Shown here: one piece after another, positions 36,434 through 49,662 of the stretch
Layout: the number at the start of each line of letters is the position of its first letter
Position numbering within the stretch: the first letter of the stretch is position 1
Source: Chrysemys picta bellii
Lineage: Eukaryota
DNA length: 64,000 nt
Direction of reading: 5' to 3'
Assembly: GCF_011386835.1 (NCBI RefSeq)
Contig: NC_088794.1
Location: 132,990,001 to 133,054,000 of the forward strand
Made by a program: the position numbers and the translations under genes
Notes under the pieces: generated by a model
What the model was told of the DNA's origin: nothing
Databases searched by the model: none
What the model saw: only the letters and a program-made list of their open reading frames with translations

Positions 36434-37954
36434 TTAGGATCTACATTCATTATGAAAAAGCCTGAGAACTGCTCTATACTAATTCCCTTTCTGTGCCTGC
36501 TTATTAACACCTCACCGCAGTGGCTTTAATTCAGCACTGCAGCGAAGATCCTTCTATGTTACATGGGATTGAGGAAGCAAAGTGGTGGTTTGAGGATACA
36601 TTTAAATAAATACAAAACCATTGCGAGTACGGGCTCAGCATGGTATTCAATTTTCAAGATACTGGAAATACACAGGTGCTACCCATATCAAGGAGATTCA
36701 GCCAAATAACGTAAGCCCTCAGTTCTCACATGGACAGAGAGACTCTCCCCAGTTTGACTCTATACATTTTAATGTAAAAAAAAAAAAAAGCAAAGGATTG
36801 AAAATAAAAATGTATTTCTTCCCTCCAGCTACCTAAAGATGCAGAGGACTGGATAAAAAGTACATAAGAACCATACGGTCATTTGAGACGGGATAGAGCA
36901 CACAATCAGATCCAGATGCAAACTTTTCCAAAGTTAAGGTGGGGAGGGGAGAGTTGGTTTGTCCATTACAGATTCAAGAGCAGGCAGCAAAATTCAACTC
37001 TCAATCCAGATGTGATCTTGCTCAAGGTTCTTGTGTTTTGGTTTGGGCTCAGTTCTACGAGCATTCTAACAATAAGATATGCACAACCTAATCTACAATG
37101 ACCATTCCCGGGAAAGGTGGTCATCACAGGCCAAATTTTTCAGCAAGGGCCCTAAATTTACATACACAAATTGGGTGCCCAGCTACTTGACTGGCCTGTG
37201 TAGCTGTCTGTATGCATGTAAAAACATGAGTCTGTTTTGCCTGTGCAAAAATTTTGCATTTGAGAGGTCAGCTATGTGTCAATACTGCACTTTTTAAAAG
37301 TCTTCATGAAGGAAGGAAAGCAAAATTAGCTCCTGGCTTAGAAAGACCTCTTGCACAAGAAGAAACTGTGCTGGACCCCCAAACAATCAAACACCCACTG
37401 GAAAATATTCTGACACAGTTTTTCTGGGTGTCGCTGTGGTCCATGGTCCTTTGGCCCTGGTTCTCTTAATAGAAGGACTGCTATTTTAGACATTTTAGCG
37501 TTAGGAATTACGGGGAGCTGGCAATTGCAAAATAGGAATGAAGTACAGCGAGTGGCACTTTGAAATCATTTAACACATTTCATTTGTTTTTCAAGCCTAA
37601 TAGAAAGCAAATAGAGGAGTAGGATGCTTCAGTAGAGCATCCCAGACCTCAACCAACACCCCCCTCCCACAAGCCTAAAACAGATGTCACCACAAGTATG
37701 CAGCAGGCTTATTATCTTCTAAGAGTTCACAGTGTTCAGTCCGGGACCTGCCCCTTTGTGTAAATTGCCCCATTCCTTATTTTTTTTTAAGTTGCACACT
37801 GAGTGTTAGACCTATAACTACAACTAATATCAATTGGAGTCACAACGCTAAAACCTTGTGCCATAATATATATTATAGGCATGCATGCTTATGAAGAAGG
37901 AAAGACACAAAGAAGGATAGTTGGGTGGAATAAGAAATGGGCTTAACTAATAGA

Positions 37955-38160
37955 ATAGCCTAATGGATAGAGCACTGGGCTAGGATTCAGGAGCGCTGGG
38001 TTCTATTCCTAGCTCTGCCACTGGGCTATGTGGGGCTAATCACTTCACCACTCAGGGCCTCAGTTTCCCCATCTGTAAAATGGGGATAAAGATACTGCCC
38101 TCTGTAAAGTGCTTTAAGATCAATGGATGAAAAGCACTATATAAGAGGTAGGTATTATTA
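37955..38160 (+). mobile_element. MIR-like CORE SINE
   Basis: GGGTTCTATTCCTAGCTCTGCCACT...CCTCAGTTTCCCCATCTGTAAAATGGGGATAA...GTAAAGTGCTTT. Confidence 0.85.
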
Positions 38161-40859
38161 ATGGTGAAAAGGAGGGAGGGGGTGTAAAGGGAAAAAACCA
38201 CAGCTATTTTCAAAGTAAAGAAATACTATGAAAATCTCTTTAAACCATAAGAATGTTTATTGACAGGCATAGATGTCACTTTGCAGACCCCACTATGTGG
38301 GTTATCTAAATTAGATTGGGCAGAGCACTTGATAAAATAATATATGAATCAATCCTGCACTAGTAGCTGGAAGAATAAGGGGACCTAATAGGATTTTCCC
38401 ATCTCTAATTCCTACTAGCTCGGGAATGTTGGTTAAAAAGTGGTGAATGTAACGGCAGTAGCTTTTGAGAGAATACAAAATGCGTGTGTGTGCTGTAAAA
38501 TAAGCCCTGCAGATGTGACCATACTTGAGTAATTCCTCTAGCCCAGCCCTGCATAAACACCATTTGGATTAGTTAGGGCTGCCCCAGTAGCAGCTTTTGC
38601 TTGTGCACTCATCTAGTCCAGAATATACACTTTTCATTCCTAGACTTCACACTTCACTTGTGTGTGTTTATTGAACCTTCTTTTTCCACTCTTGTCACTT
38701 CCTTGTCACCTTGCAGGGACCTACCACAGTCTCACACCAAGCTCCTAGTTCCCTTATTTATTTGTATTGCAGCTATACCTAGGGATACCAATCAAGAATC
38801 ATGACCTGAGGCAATGCATGGGGGTGGGCATGTGTCCCCCCAGATTTCTGCCAGGGTTTATATGCCCTGCCCTGAAGCCCACTGCATACCACCAGAACCT
38901 TTAAATTGTGCCCTTCCCCCCCCCCCCCCCACTATCAACAGTTATTTGTCATCTCTGATCGGGACCTTGTCACGCTAATCACGATACAGACACACACTAA
39001 AAAGAAAATCCCTGCCCCAAAGAGTCTAGGTCATGACAAGTGGCAACAGGAGGATGAGACAAAGAAGCAGGGGAGGTGAGAAGAGGATAACTATAAAGTG
39101 AACCAGTTAGTTAGAGCAGTAAGTGAGAGGTCTCTTTCGGTGTAAATTATGAGAGCAAACTCCACATTAAAAAATAATTATCAATTAGAAAAAACAGATT
39201 AAGGTAGATACCAACAGCGGACAGAAAAAATTTGGCAGCTGTCAAAGTTCTCAGCAAAATCTGGTGAGGACCATCACATCCATCCACTCTCAGATAAAAT
39301 GCCAAAAGTCACAGAGAAATAGTTCTTTAAAACATAAAAATCATGGAATCATAACTCATGACAAAAGTCTATCCTTATTCATGAATAAACATCAGCCACA
39401 CTGGGAAGGATACCTTATTGCTATTGGTTATGGTCGTGCACATAGCATGGTAGGTGCTTTCTGGAAAGTCCTTTCCCCAAGGAGCTCACAGCCTTGTTCA
39501 AGTGACCCTTCTACAATTTTTAATTGAGCTTGCATTAAAAATGACTGTCTAGTACAGCATAAGTTATTTGGTGTGGCCCTAACACCAGTTTAGTATGTGC
39601 CCCGGCTAATGAAGCGAGCATTAAATAAATCAAGGCACATAATTGTACCAGGGATGTCATTTCTGTTCTCCCTACTGTACCCTCCAGTTATCCTCTGAAC
39701 AATGTGATTTTTTAATACTGAAAAGCATGTTTTGACTTTGATTTCACATGCAAATTTATAAGAAAGCACTGTGGTATTCTGAGTTTGTGCTAACATTTTT
39801 ATTTTCTTGCCATTGCAGCTTTTGTGGACAGTAAAAATCACAGTCCATTCCCACAGAATAAAAAATAATATTTTAAAAGCTTAGAGATTTAGAGTATAAT
39901 ATATCAGGAATTTTGCCTCAGACAACCCACTCCACTGTCAATGTGTTTTGTAATATAAAAGGAAACCCTTTTTCCTTAGAATTGTGTTTGTAATGCTCCA
40001 AAATGTTATTGCAAATCACTGCCACAGTTTATCATTATAATTAAATACAATAAAAAAGCCATCAAAACTGCTAACATTGCTTGCCAGAAACAAACTAACT
40101 GAACTTTTGCAGCACAAGGCAAACAACACACCGCTAAATCCTGCAGCCTTTACTCAACTCTTAGCCAGGCAAGACTCCCACCATATAAGTAATGAGTTTT
40201 ACCTGAGTAAGGACAGAAAGAACTGGTAAACTGTTTTGGGGTTTTTTAATATCAGAATGTTCCAGCAATAACCATCTCTAATAAACATTTCCTTACAAAA
40301 AAACATGGGATGACTGGAATTTTGCTGGTTATGAATGTTGGTTCATTTATCTGTGCAATGCTCTGTATCAAAACATTTCACAAAGATCATTACAAAATGC
40401 TGGGATAAATACGTTCCTTGATGAAATTCCACTGAGTTCAATAAGGTCACACCAGGGATTAAATACTACCTTAGCATATAGAACTGAAGACAGTTATGAG
40501 ATAGTACATGAACACCCCAAAGTACTCCTCTCACAGCTCTTACTTTGTTATACCAATAATACAACTATTAAAGAATCCCTAAATTCACACTTCTCTACTG
40601 GATGATAAGATGGAGCTAGTCTCTATTATTATCCTGTCCAGAGATCCTACAATATGGTGCTGTCCCTTGCTGTGGAGGGGGCAGCACCATGTATATGAAA
40701 TGGATGAAACTGTCAATCACGGACATCTCTGTGTAATGGCCATATTTTCCATCATTGAAATGATATGAGGCATTTTATGCTATAAAAGTTCTTTGATACA
40801 GGTACCTGAGAAAAGTATTGCACTTATGCGCTGTATAGACTGGCACATCAATGGAAGGC

Positions 40860-41045
40860 AGCATGGGCTAGTGGTTAAAGTAGTTGCTGGGAGTCAGCAG
40901 ATCTCGTTTTTAGTCTTGAAATTGCTACTGGCCTGCTCTGTGGCCTAACCTGTCTGTGACTCAGTTTCCACATCTCCAAGAGGAGATCACAATAGCTACC
41001 ATCGTAAAGCATTTCAAGACCTCACATAAAAGCTGCTAAGTTCTA
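40860..41045 (+). mobile_element. MIR-like CORE SINE (diverged)
   Basis: GGGCTAGTGGTTAAAG head; CTGTGACTCAGTTTCCACATCT core; GTAAAGCATTTCAAG tail. Confidence 0.6.
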
Positions 41046-41149
41046 ACTAGTAGTAGCTGTAGTGGTCAGTCAACGCATTTTGAACATGTGCCCAAAGATT
41101 CTTTGATGAGTATGCGTTATACAACTCCAAATAAACAACTAAATGTCCC

Positions 41150-43135
41150 TCTAGAGAATGGAACTTGGAGAGTGGAAAGAGCAGTAAACATGAAACACAA
41201 AGAGAAAGCCATTGCTGAATAAGGTTACTCTGGCCTGAGCCTTTATGGCAGATGCATCAATGGACTCTCACAGATTTTATACATAGGCAATTGCTTCTAA
41301 TTTGGCAAGCAGAAGGCAGTTCTGGCTTACAAGATGAAAAGAAGCAGAGAATCAGGGTAAAACTTACTAGCATCCTCCAAATATGTAGGGTGTAGTCCAC
41401 ATACTGACGGGCTGAATAAAGAAGTGGCAGAATGCTCCCATCTTCCAAGCCTCAGACTAAGAAAAATAAACTCTGCAGGCAATTCAACAAAGTTCTCTTT
41501 GTTCATGGATAGGTCCAACAGATGAAATGGATCCAGTGCAAGAAACCAATCAAGGAATAGCTTTGCCAGAGGGGGAAATTTCAGAAAGAATCTTCTCTCT
41601 AAAAGGTTCCTCTAACAAAATAAGTGTGTGACTATCACATGAGCCTCACAAAGTCCAGAATCAAAGTTGCTGATTCTGGTTTTACACCGTTTAAGCTGCA
41701 CCAATGTCAAAAGAGTCCAGACTGGTGAAAGATCAGAATTAGTCCCAGGATGCAGGGAGAAGACCATCTTTAATCAAGCCAGAAGTGCTCAGATTCATGA
41801 AAGGTACCTGGAAATGCTTCAGGAAGGAAATAATGTTAAACTGGTTCCCAGTGCCAAGCTTTGTCCAATCCCCAGCATTTAGAAAAGCATTAAGCCATGA
41901 AGAAGGCAGCCAGATGGCCATTATATATAGGAACAATCGAGCAAATCCTTCAGCTGGAGGATTCTTGATCATCTTTGTGATCCCAAAAAGACTGAGGGGG
42001 AAAGTGTTGCATTTGAAGTCCTTACCCAAGCATATCACAAACCCAAATTCAAATTAACGTTTTCCTCATCAGTCTTACTAACAATTTTACTGGAGGACTA
42101 CCTGTCATCTATGGACCTGATAGATGTTTATCTTCAACATGCCACTTCACGCCAGCCACAGAACTGTCCTCAAAGTTGCATACGTTAGAACCACATTCAG
42201 TTCAGGTGTCTTCTTTACATATTGCCAGTGAATCCAAGGCTGTTTATGAAGGTTCCCATATCAGTTCTAGCACTTGTTCTATTTCAGACTTCCACATCCA
42301 CCCCTCTCAACCAAATGGCTGGAAGCTTTCATTTAATGGGCTTCTGCCTCAGAGCAAGTCACAGCATGTGTCTGGAAACAATAGCAGGGACCTCAGCAGA
42401 TCCCCTACAGCGGACTTTAGCTGAGCCATTCACCTGGAGAGGGTAGAGGGGAAAACGACTTTACCCTACAGCTGCTCTTAACATGTAGATAGATCTTGAG
42501 TCTTATGTCTGAGAGCATAACTGCCATGTGTTTTCTTCAATATAGGGTTATAGCAAGGCAGGGAATTTCCATCCTTCAGGGGAAATCTTTCCGTTGATTT
42601 CAGTGGTTTTTGGATTGGGCACTTGAAATGGGGTTTTTATTATTATTTATTTGTATTGTGATATTTCCTCAAGGCACCAACCAAGATCAGGGCCCCATTG
42701 TGCTAGCTGCTCTGCAAACACAGAGGAGGGGTCAGTCTCTGCCCAAATGAGCTTACATTTACCTTTTCCGCCTTCGTAATCCTCTCTGAGGGCCTCACCA
42801 TCCTGAGGCTGGGTGTGGCTGTGATGTCAAATTTTAAAAAATCATTTATATAAATAAAATTTGGTTCCCCAAAGCAACAAAACTAAATAAGCCTCCAAAC
42901 ATTAGGGCTTGCTGCTAAGCAAACAAAATACATTGCAATAGAGACATTGCAAACAGCGGGTGCTTCAACCACCATACTCTCTCTGTGTGTAGGCAGAACT
43001 TGCTAGAGCAAATCCTGAAGGGTTGTCTGACGGCTGAATTCCAGCAGTCTCCAGTACCTCCATAGATATGAACAAGCCTGCTGTGCCGGATGGCTCCAAG
43101 AACAGAAATTATCAGGTAAAACCAATTCTCCTGTA
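41150..43135 (+). mobile_element. decayed DIRS-like (tyrosine recombinase) retrotransposon: gag and RT remnants plus a probable terminal repeat
   Basis: peptides GGFLIIFVIPKRLRGKVLHLKSLPKHI (cf. GFYSxxFxVPKKxGxxRPILDLKxLNxFI), DYLSSMDLIDVYLQH (cf. DxLxSLDLKDAYxHI) and PRLFMKV...VLA (cf. PRVFTKV); end motif GAAATTATCAGGTAAAACCAATTCTCCT at about 43107-43133; other small repeats inserted at 42500-43000. Confidence 0.7.
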
Positions 43136-44277
43136 TGGTCCATCATGTTAAAGAACCTTGTGTTAATTGGTCCTTAAGAAATGAAAGCCTGATCCAAAGA
43201 ACATTGGGATCAAAGGAAAAATCTCCACTATCTTCAATGGGATTTGTATCAGACCTATATGGACAAGTCCTAATGCAGTCTACGGTGCATGATTATTTCA
43301 CAGCTATTCAAACTGCAGGTGACCTTCCATGTCACATGTTCCCTAATAGCCATCAGAGAGCATTTAGATCACGTCAGGCTTAATTGTGGATTTTAATTTG
43401 GTTCAATAGTACTGAAATTAGGAATACCTTAATTGTTCTTTTGCTTCCCCTCTCCCCAGTGTCTGATATTAATGCAAGTGACCTTTCCTAGTGCCTGGTG
43501 AAAAAAAATCATTTTTGTACACTGAAACAATGGTCCTGTCATGGCAGGCTGAGTTAATCTAAACCCCACTCCATGCAGTTGGAAAGCAATTTTTTATCAC
43601 TGTAAATGTAAGATGAATAGTTTCAAACAGAGAACCCAAATGATGATAGGGATAGGTCACTGCCTGACATTCTGTACAGCCCCTTTTGACCCTAAGCACA
43701 ACACCTGATTTGATTCACACAATTAAACACAGTCCTATAACCTCATTTCCAGTTATGTTTATGCACTATTTTTATTCCAAGTATTCTTTGGCAAGGTTTA
43801 AGAGCTCCTGAAGCATTTAATAGCTACTTAAAAAAAACAACAAGCACTATTTACAGCAGATCTAACTTAGGGAACCTAGACAAGTAATGTGTACAAGAAA
43901 TGAGTGTGTTGGGACAGGATATGCAAGACACAAGGCATCGATCAAAATGCCGCATGATTCATATGCGCATTAAGAGTGAAGACAAAAATGGTCTTAGAAA
44001 GTTAACGGTAGAATAGTTCAGTTATGAACATTTAAAAGAGGTGGCTGACATCGCTGGGAACTGCAGGGGCTCAGCCCCCCTGAAAAAAATCAAGCCACTT
44101 ATTTAGGTGCCTAGATTTGGATACCTAAGTCCAGGCAAGCACGTTTGAACATTTTGACCATTATTTTCTTTTCATAATTATAATGATGATGCTGATCATG
44201 AACAGGCTGCAGTGTGTGAATTCAGGAAGGGACAGTAGGAAAGAGTATAGGATAAAGTGTCTCTGTTCTCTTAGGCC

Positions 44278-44341
44278 CTGACCCAAAGCCCATTGATATC
44301 AATGGAAAGAGTCTCTCAGACTTCTATGGGCTTTGGATCAG
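44278..44341. repeat. short palindromic MITE (CCCATTGA.ATCAATGG family)
   Basis: arms CTGACCCAAAGCCCAT / ATGGGCTTTGGATCAG match at 15/16; many related copies, e.g. about 30425-30570 and 54675-54740. Confidence 0.7.
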
Positions 44342-44974
44342 ACACCGAGAGAGCTTCTCTTTCTGTGGAATCCATTACTTCCCCTCCCCTTTTGTTGCTC
44401 AATTTGCTTTTCCCCTGATGTCAGAACTTTTTCCCAAATATTGGTAATAAATCTTTATAATCTTTGGCCTCTAATTGAGTCTTTCTTCCCAAGCACACTG
44501 TTGCATTATATGTATGACTGGATGGCTCAGTGTTGCTCTGGAAATTACTCATGAAGAAGAATTGCATGGTAATAACCACACTTGTAAGTATGTGTAGGTT
44601 GCAGCATCCCCTGTGGGTCTTTGTGGCAAATCGTAAATTCCCATTTCCAGGAAAGTTTCAAAAGTTTTATTTTCTAAGAAGGAATGTTAATTATCAGAAT
44701 CCAAATGACCTGCCCCATTTCTCCATCCATTTTCACCCTTTTATGCCCAGTCTAGTGTAGCAGGTAGAAGCCCTAGAACAAGCAGATTTTATAGCAATAA
44801 CCATCTCATAAATATTACACTCATGTAGCTGTTTGCTCACGAGTTCTGCAATGCTCCTGGGGAACCATGTCCTCAGAGGCTGCAGAGTAGCAATGAAGCT
44901 GCTCATCGGGCACTACTCCAAACCCAGGGCTTCCAATAATCGCCATGACTGCCAAACCATTCTGTCTGGTGCAG

Positions 44975-45212
44975 GGGCTAGGGTACTAGCCTAGGATTTA
45001 GGAGACCTGGCCTCAATTCCCTGCTCTGCCACAGACTTCCTGTGTGACCTTGGGAAAGTCACTCAGCTGTTCTGTGCCTTCGTTTCTCCACCTGTCAAAT
45101 TTAAATGATGGCACTTCCCTACCTCATTGGGGTATTGTGAGGATAAATACATTAAAGATTGTCAGGTGCTTAGATAATACAGTGATGGGGGGCATATAAA
45201 TACCTTAGATAG
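44975..45212 (+). mobile_element. MIR-like CORE SINE (turtle type)
   Basis: TCAATTCCCTGCTCTGCCACAGACTTCCTGTGTGACCTTGGGAAAGTCACT...TTTCTCCACCTGTCAAAT...TTGTGAGGATAAATAC. Confidence 0.85.
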
Positions 45213-45524
45213 ACTAGTTAACGGATCTATGTAGTTGTGAAGTCAACAGTCACATCCCCTCAACATCCTCAAAAAAACCCTCTGCATTAGGATGGACGGA
45301 CCAGAGCCCATGACACAAAGATGGCAGTGACTTCTTTGCAGACTCTCCACACCCAGCGCCCCAACCTGCGAAACAGAACCACTCCAGTTTCCACTTTTGT
45401 GTGGGCTATTAAAAAATTACTTTTTGGCTTCAATGAAATTCATAAAGCTGAGCTGTATGTCTACTACTCACTGAAATGTACAGTTTTCATGTACATAAAC
45501 TTTAGCATTTGGTGATATTTTGAA

Positions 45525-45650
45525 GGGTAAACTGAGGCACAAAGAAATGTAGTGACTTGCCAAAGGTCACAGTGCAAGACAATAGCAGAGGTGCCAATAG
45601 GACTCAGGTTGCTTGACTCTCAATCCTCTGTTCCAGCTAGACAATGCTGC
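45525..45650 (-). mobile_element. MIR-like SINE
   Basis: GGGTAAACTGAGGCACAAAG...AGTGACTTGCCAAAGGTCACAG reverse CORE motif. Confidence 0.7.
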
Positions 45651-46541
45651 ACAATATGTTTGATATTCATGTCTGAATCTAGAACACACTTATTTTTTTA
45701 AGTATTTTTAAACTATCCTACAAGAAAGATTAGGCACTGAATCTGTATTTAAACTGGTCAGACTCTGTATGGGCTGTTTTGATATCAATGAGTCAATATT
45801 CCAATAGAAGATTTAAGGATTTTTTTACATCAATATTTCATTTTCATTAAAATCAAGGTAAATTCTGCTAAGAGTTAATCCACTGAAACGTACAAATATG
45901 CAGAAAGGGCTCAAGAAGAATTACAATACCACTTCAAAAGGAGCTGGTTTAGGAGTCATGACCCTACTTTTTGCAATAACTTATGCATCATGAACTTACG
46001 TAACTGGCAGAAGATAACATCTCACACTCCTAGTTTTACGGCCTTGGGTTGACAACAGTGTAAATTGAAATTTTTGCTTACTGTAAAACTAGTGGAGTCC
46101 AATAACCAAAAATATTTTCATGCCCAAACTGATGTTTTATCAAATCATTTCCCCATTGTTATGTGCCTTTTTTTTTTTTAACTAAATTCTCTCTAATAAG
46201 TGCTTGGCTAGTCTGATGTTTCTGAGCAAAAAATAAAATCTCTTGTTTTCTGAATTGGACTAACGTCAGTGAATAAGAAATATCTAAGACACAGAAAAAT
46301 ATATTTTCCTAATTCAGATTTCAGCAGAAAGCATTTGTTAAAAAGCACCAAATTATAAAGATTTACTGTTACCTTGTTCTCCCCACGTCATGTCAGTTTA
46401 GTCACCTATTGCAAGAGTGTGAATCCTAGATTGTGAGCTTTCTGGAATAGGGGCTTATTGTCTTATTGTCATTTGTTCAGTGCCTAGTATAACATGGACA
46501 TAGTCCTCAGGCACTACCAAAATGAAATCATGAACAATAAT

Positions 46542-46665
46542 TAAGGTGACCAGATGCCCTGTTTTTAAAGAGACAGTCCTGTTTTGGGGGTCTTTTTCTT
46601 ATATAGGTGCCTATTACCCCCCACACCCTGTCCTGTTTTTTCACAGTTGCTATCTGGTAACCCTA
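46542..46665. mobile_element. hAT-Blackjack-like MITE (about 124 bp)
   Basis: TIRs TAAGGTGACCAGA / TCTGGTAACCCTA; TSD ACAATAAT/ACAATAGT; same family as 54121-54243. Confidence 0.9.
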
Positions 46666-47109
46666 ACAATAGTAAATTATTATAATTAAGGGTAGAGTTT
46701 CAAAGGAGCCTTGGGAAGATTGGTGCTCAAAACCGTTTGAAATTCAATGGGAGAAGGGTCGCTAAATCCCTTAGGTTCCTCTGAAAAGCCCAGCCCAAAA
46801 ATACTATAAGGTTTGTTTTTTCTCCTGGGAGAGCAGTGTATTGAAAACATAACCTAACAATAATTCACATCACATAATTCACTGTCGTTTATCATAAAAT
46901 AATAAAAGAGAAAGGGAAATACGGTCATTTTACTTTAAGGGAGGGTAACCAAACCATAACATGAAAGAGCCCCAATTTCAGTTGGGAAAGACAATAACCT
47001 TCCACTTTCAGCCCAAAGCATGAGCCCGAAGCAGTAGAGGGCTAACAAGAATGCATTTTGCCAGACATAACTGGCTGCCTGTTTTGACAGAATTTTAAGT
47101 GAATGAAGG

Positions 47110-49518
47110 GAATCCACTAACTATAATATATTGTGATTTTAGTAAAATACTTGATACCGTGTCTCATGAAGTTTTATTTGAAAATTAGTTCAAATTGACT
47201 TGGATAGAAACACTGTCCTATGGATTGAAACCTGGCTAACAGACTATAAGCAAAGTGTAATAAATGGCAATGTAGTAAATTGGGGGAGATTTGCAGGGAT
47301 TGAGGTTTGATCCAATATTATTGCACATCTCAACTGATTGTCTGGAAGAGTGAGTGAAATTCAGTGAAATTCTCTCGGGGTACTAAAGTGGGAGGAGTTG
47401 TGAACAACAGTCATGAGAGAGGAATAACTCAAAGGGATTTACAAATATTAGAAACATGGGTTAAAAATGAAATTCACATTGGCAAAATTCAAGCTAGCAT
47501 ATATAGGGAGAACCAATGGAACACAATTCCACATATAATCATTGGGAGGAAGAAACATGAGAAGCAGCACTGTTGAAAGAGGTCTAGGGTTAAGTATAGA
47601 CAGCACATTTGAGGCGAGGTTGCAATGTCACATGGCAGCAAAATATGGCACTTTTAGACTGCATGTGCAATGGCATCTCATCCCAGAGCTGTGAGATTAA
47701 GACCTTCTCTGTCATGACTGCATCTGAATTTTACATTCAGGTCAGGCACCATACGCCCAGAAAGATGCTGATAAACTAGAGGGAGTTCACAGAATCATTG
47801 GCTGGAGGAACTGACATATGAGGAAACAACTAATTGTGCATTGATTAGCTAAACAATGACAAAGGCAGAACATCGTAACAATGTACAATTGTTGTCCATG
47901 TCCACTGAACGTAGGACAAGAAGTAATTAGTTTAATCTGCAGCAAGCGAGATTTAGGTTAGATATTAAGGAAAAAATAACTATAAGGGTAGTTAAGCTCT
48001 GGAGTCTATTAGAATTCTTTGACAGGGTCAACAACCATGTGGACAAGGGGGATCCAGTAGATACACTGTACTTGGTCTTTCAGAAAGCTTCTTAAAAGGT
48101 CCCACACCAAGGGTTCTTAAGCATAGTAAGCAGTCATGGGATAAGAGGGAAGCTCCTCTAATTGATCAGTAACTGGTTAAAAGATACGAAACAAAGGTTG
48201 GGAATAAATGAGTTTCACAGCCGTGAGAGGTAAATAGCAGGGTGCCACAAGGATCTGTACTAGGATCTGTGCTGTTCAGCATATTCATAAATGCTCTGGA
48301 AAAAGGGGTAAACAGTGAGGTGGCAAAGTTTGCAGACAATACAAAATTATTCAAGATCGTTAAATCCAAAGAAGACTATGAAGAATCACAAAGAGATCAC
48401 ACCAGGCTGGGTGACTGGGCAACAAAATGGGAGGTGAAATTTAGTGTTGATAAATGCAAAGTTATTCAAATTGGAAAACATAATCCCAGCTAAACATACA
48501 AAATGATGGGGTCTAAATTAGCTGTTACCACTCAAGAAAGATCTTGGAGTCATCGTGGATAGTTCTCTGAAAACATCTGCTCAATGTGCAGCAGCTGCCA
48601 AAAAAGCTACCAGAATGTTAGGAACTATTAGGAAAGGGACAGATGATACGACAGAAAATGTCATAATGCCACTATATAAATCCATGGTACGCCCAGACCT
48701 TGAATACTGCGTGCAGACCTGGTCACTCCATCTCAAAAGAGACATATTAGAATTGAAAAAAGTACAGAAAAGGGCAACAAAAATGATTAGGGGTAGGGAA
48801 CATCTTCCACCTGAGAAGAGACTGAAACGGAGACTGTTCATCTTAGAAAAGAGGCAACTAAGGGGGGATATGATGGAGGTCTATAAAATCATGAATGGTG
48901 TGGAGAAAGTGATTAAGGAAATGTTATTTACTCCTTCACATAACACAAGAACTAGAGGTCACCCAATTAAATTAATAGGCAGTAGGTTTAAAACAAATAT
49001 AAGGAAGTACTTCTTCACACAATGCACAGTTAACCTGTGAAATTCATTGCCAAGCATTGGTATGAAGGCCTAAAGTATAACTGGGTTCAAAAAAGAATTA
49101 GATAAGTTCATGGATGATAGGTCCTTCAATGGCTATTAGCCAAGATGGTCAGGGACACAACCCCATGTTCTGGGTGTCCCTAAACTTCTGACTGCCCGAA
49201 TCTGGGACTGGACAGGCGACAGATCACTCGATAACTATCCCATTCTGTTCATTCCCTCTGAAGCATCTGGCACCAGCCACTGTTGTAAGACAGTATATTG
49301 GGCTAGATGGACCATTGGTCTGATGCAGCGTAGCCAATCTTACGTTCTTAGTAGACTTCCAAGAGAGGTTGTGGAATAGCCATCATTAGAGATTTTTAGG
49401 AACAGGTTGGACAAATACCCATCACGGATGGTCTAGGTTTACTTAGTCCTGCCCCAGCACAAGAGGCTGGACTTGACTTCTCAAGGTCCCTTCCAGCCCT
49501 AGGGTCCTATGATTCTAT
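47110..49518 (+). mobile_element. old CR1 LINE (RT to 3' tail) hosting a younger CR1
   Basis: GATTTTAGTAAAATACTTGATACCGTGTCTCATG (DFSKxxDTVSH) start; AAGCTCTGGAGT | insert | GTAGACTTCCAAGAGAGGTTGTGG rejoin; tail GGTCCCTTCCAGCCCTAGGGTCCTATGATTCTAT. Confidence 0.8.
48006..49350 (+). mobile_element. younger CR1 LINE (PsCR1-like) 5'-truncated in RT
   Basis: ORF-track peptides PQGSVLGSVLFSIFINALEKG..VAKFADNTKLF (48242-48493) and [14 protein letters not shown]...RTRGHPIKL (48555-49040); same subfamily as 20870-22200. Confidence 0.95.
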
Positions 49519-49559
49519 TATATGGATGTTACTCCCTCTTCTGAATTTGTTCAGTGTAC

Positions 49560-49662
49560 CCTGTCTCCTCTGTGCCTGTCTTTTAGCTCTTTGAGGCAGG
49601 AATAATCTTATTTTAGTGTCTTGTAAAGCGCCAAGTATCTTGTCAGCCTGCAAATAATAAAT
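49560..49662 (+). mobile_element. L2-type 3' tail
   Basis: TAGCTCTTTGAGGCAGGAA...GTCTTGTAAAGCGCC...AAATAATAAATA; a similar tail lies at 46420-46540. Confidence 0.5.
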
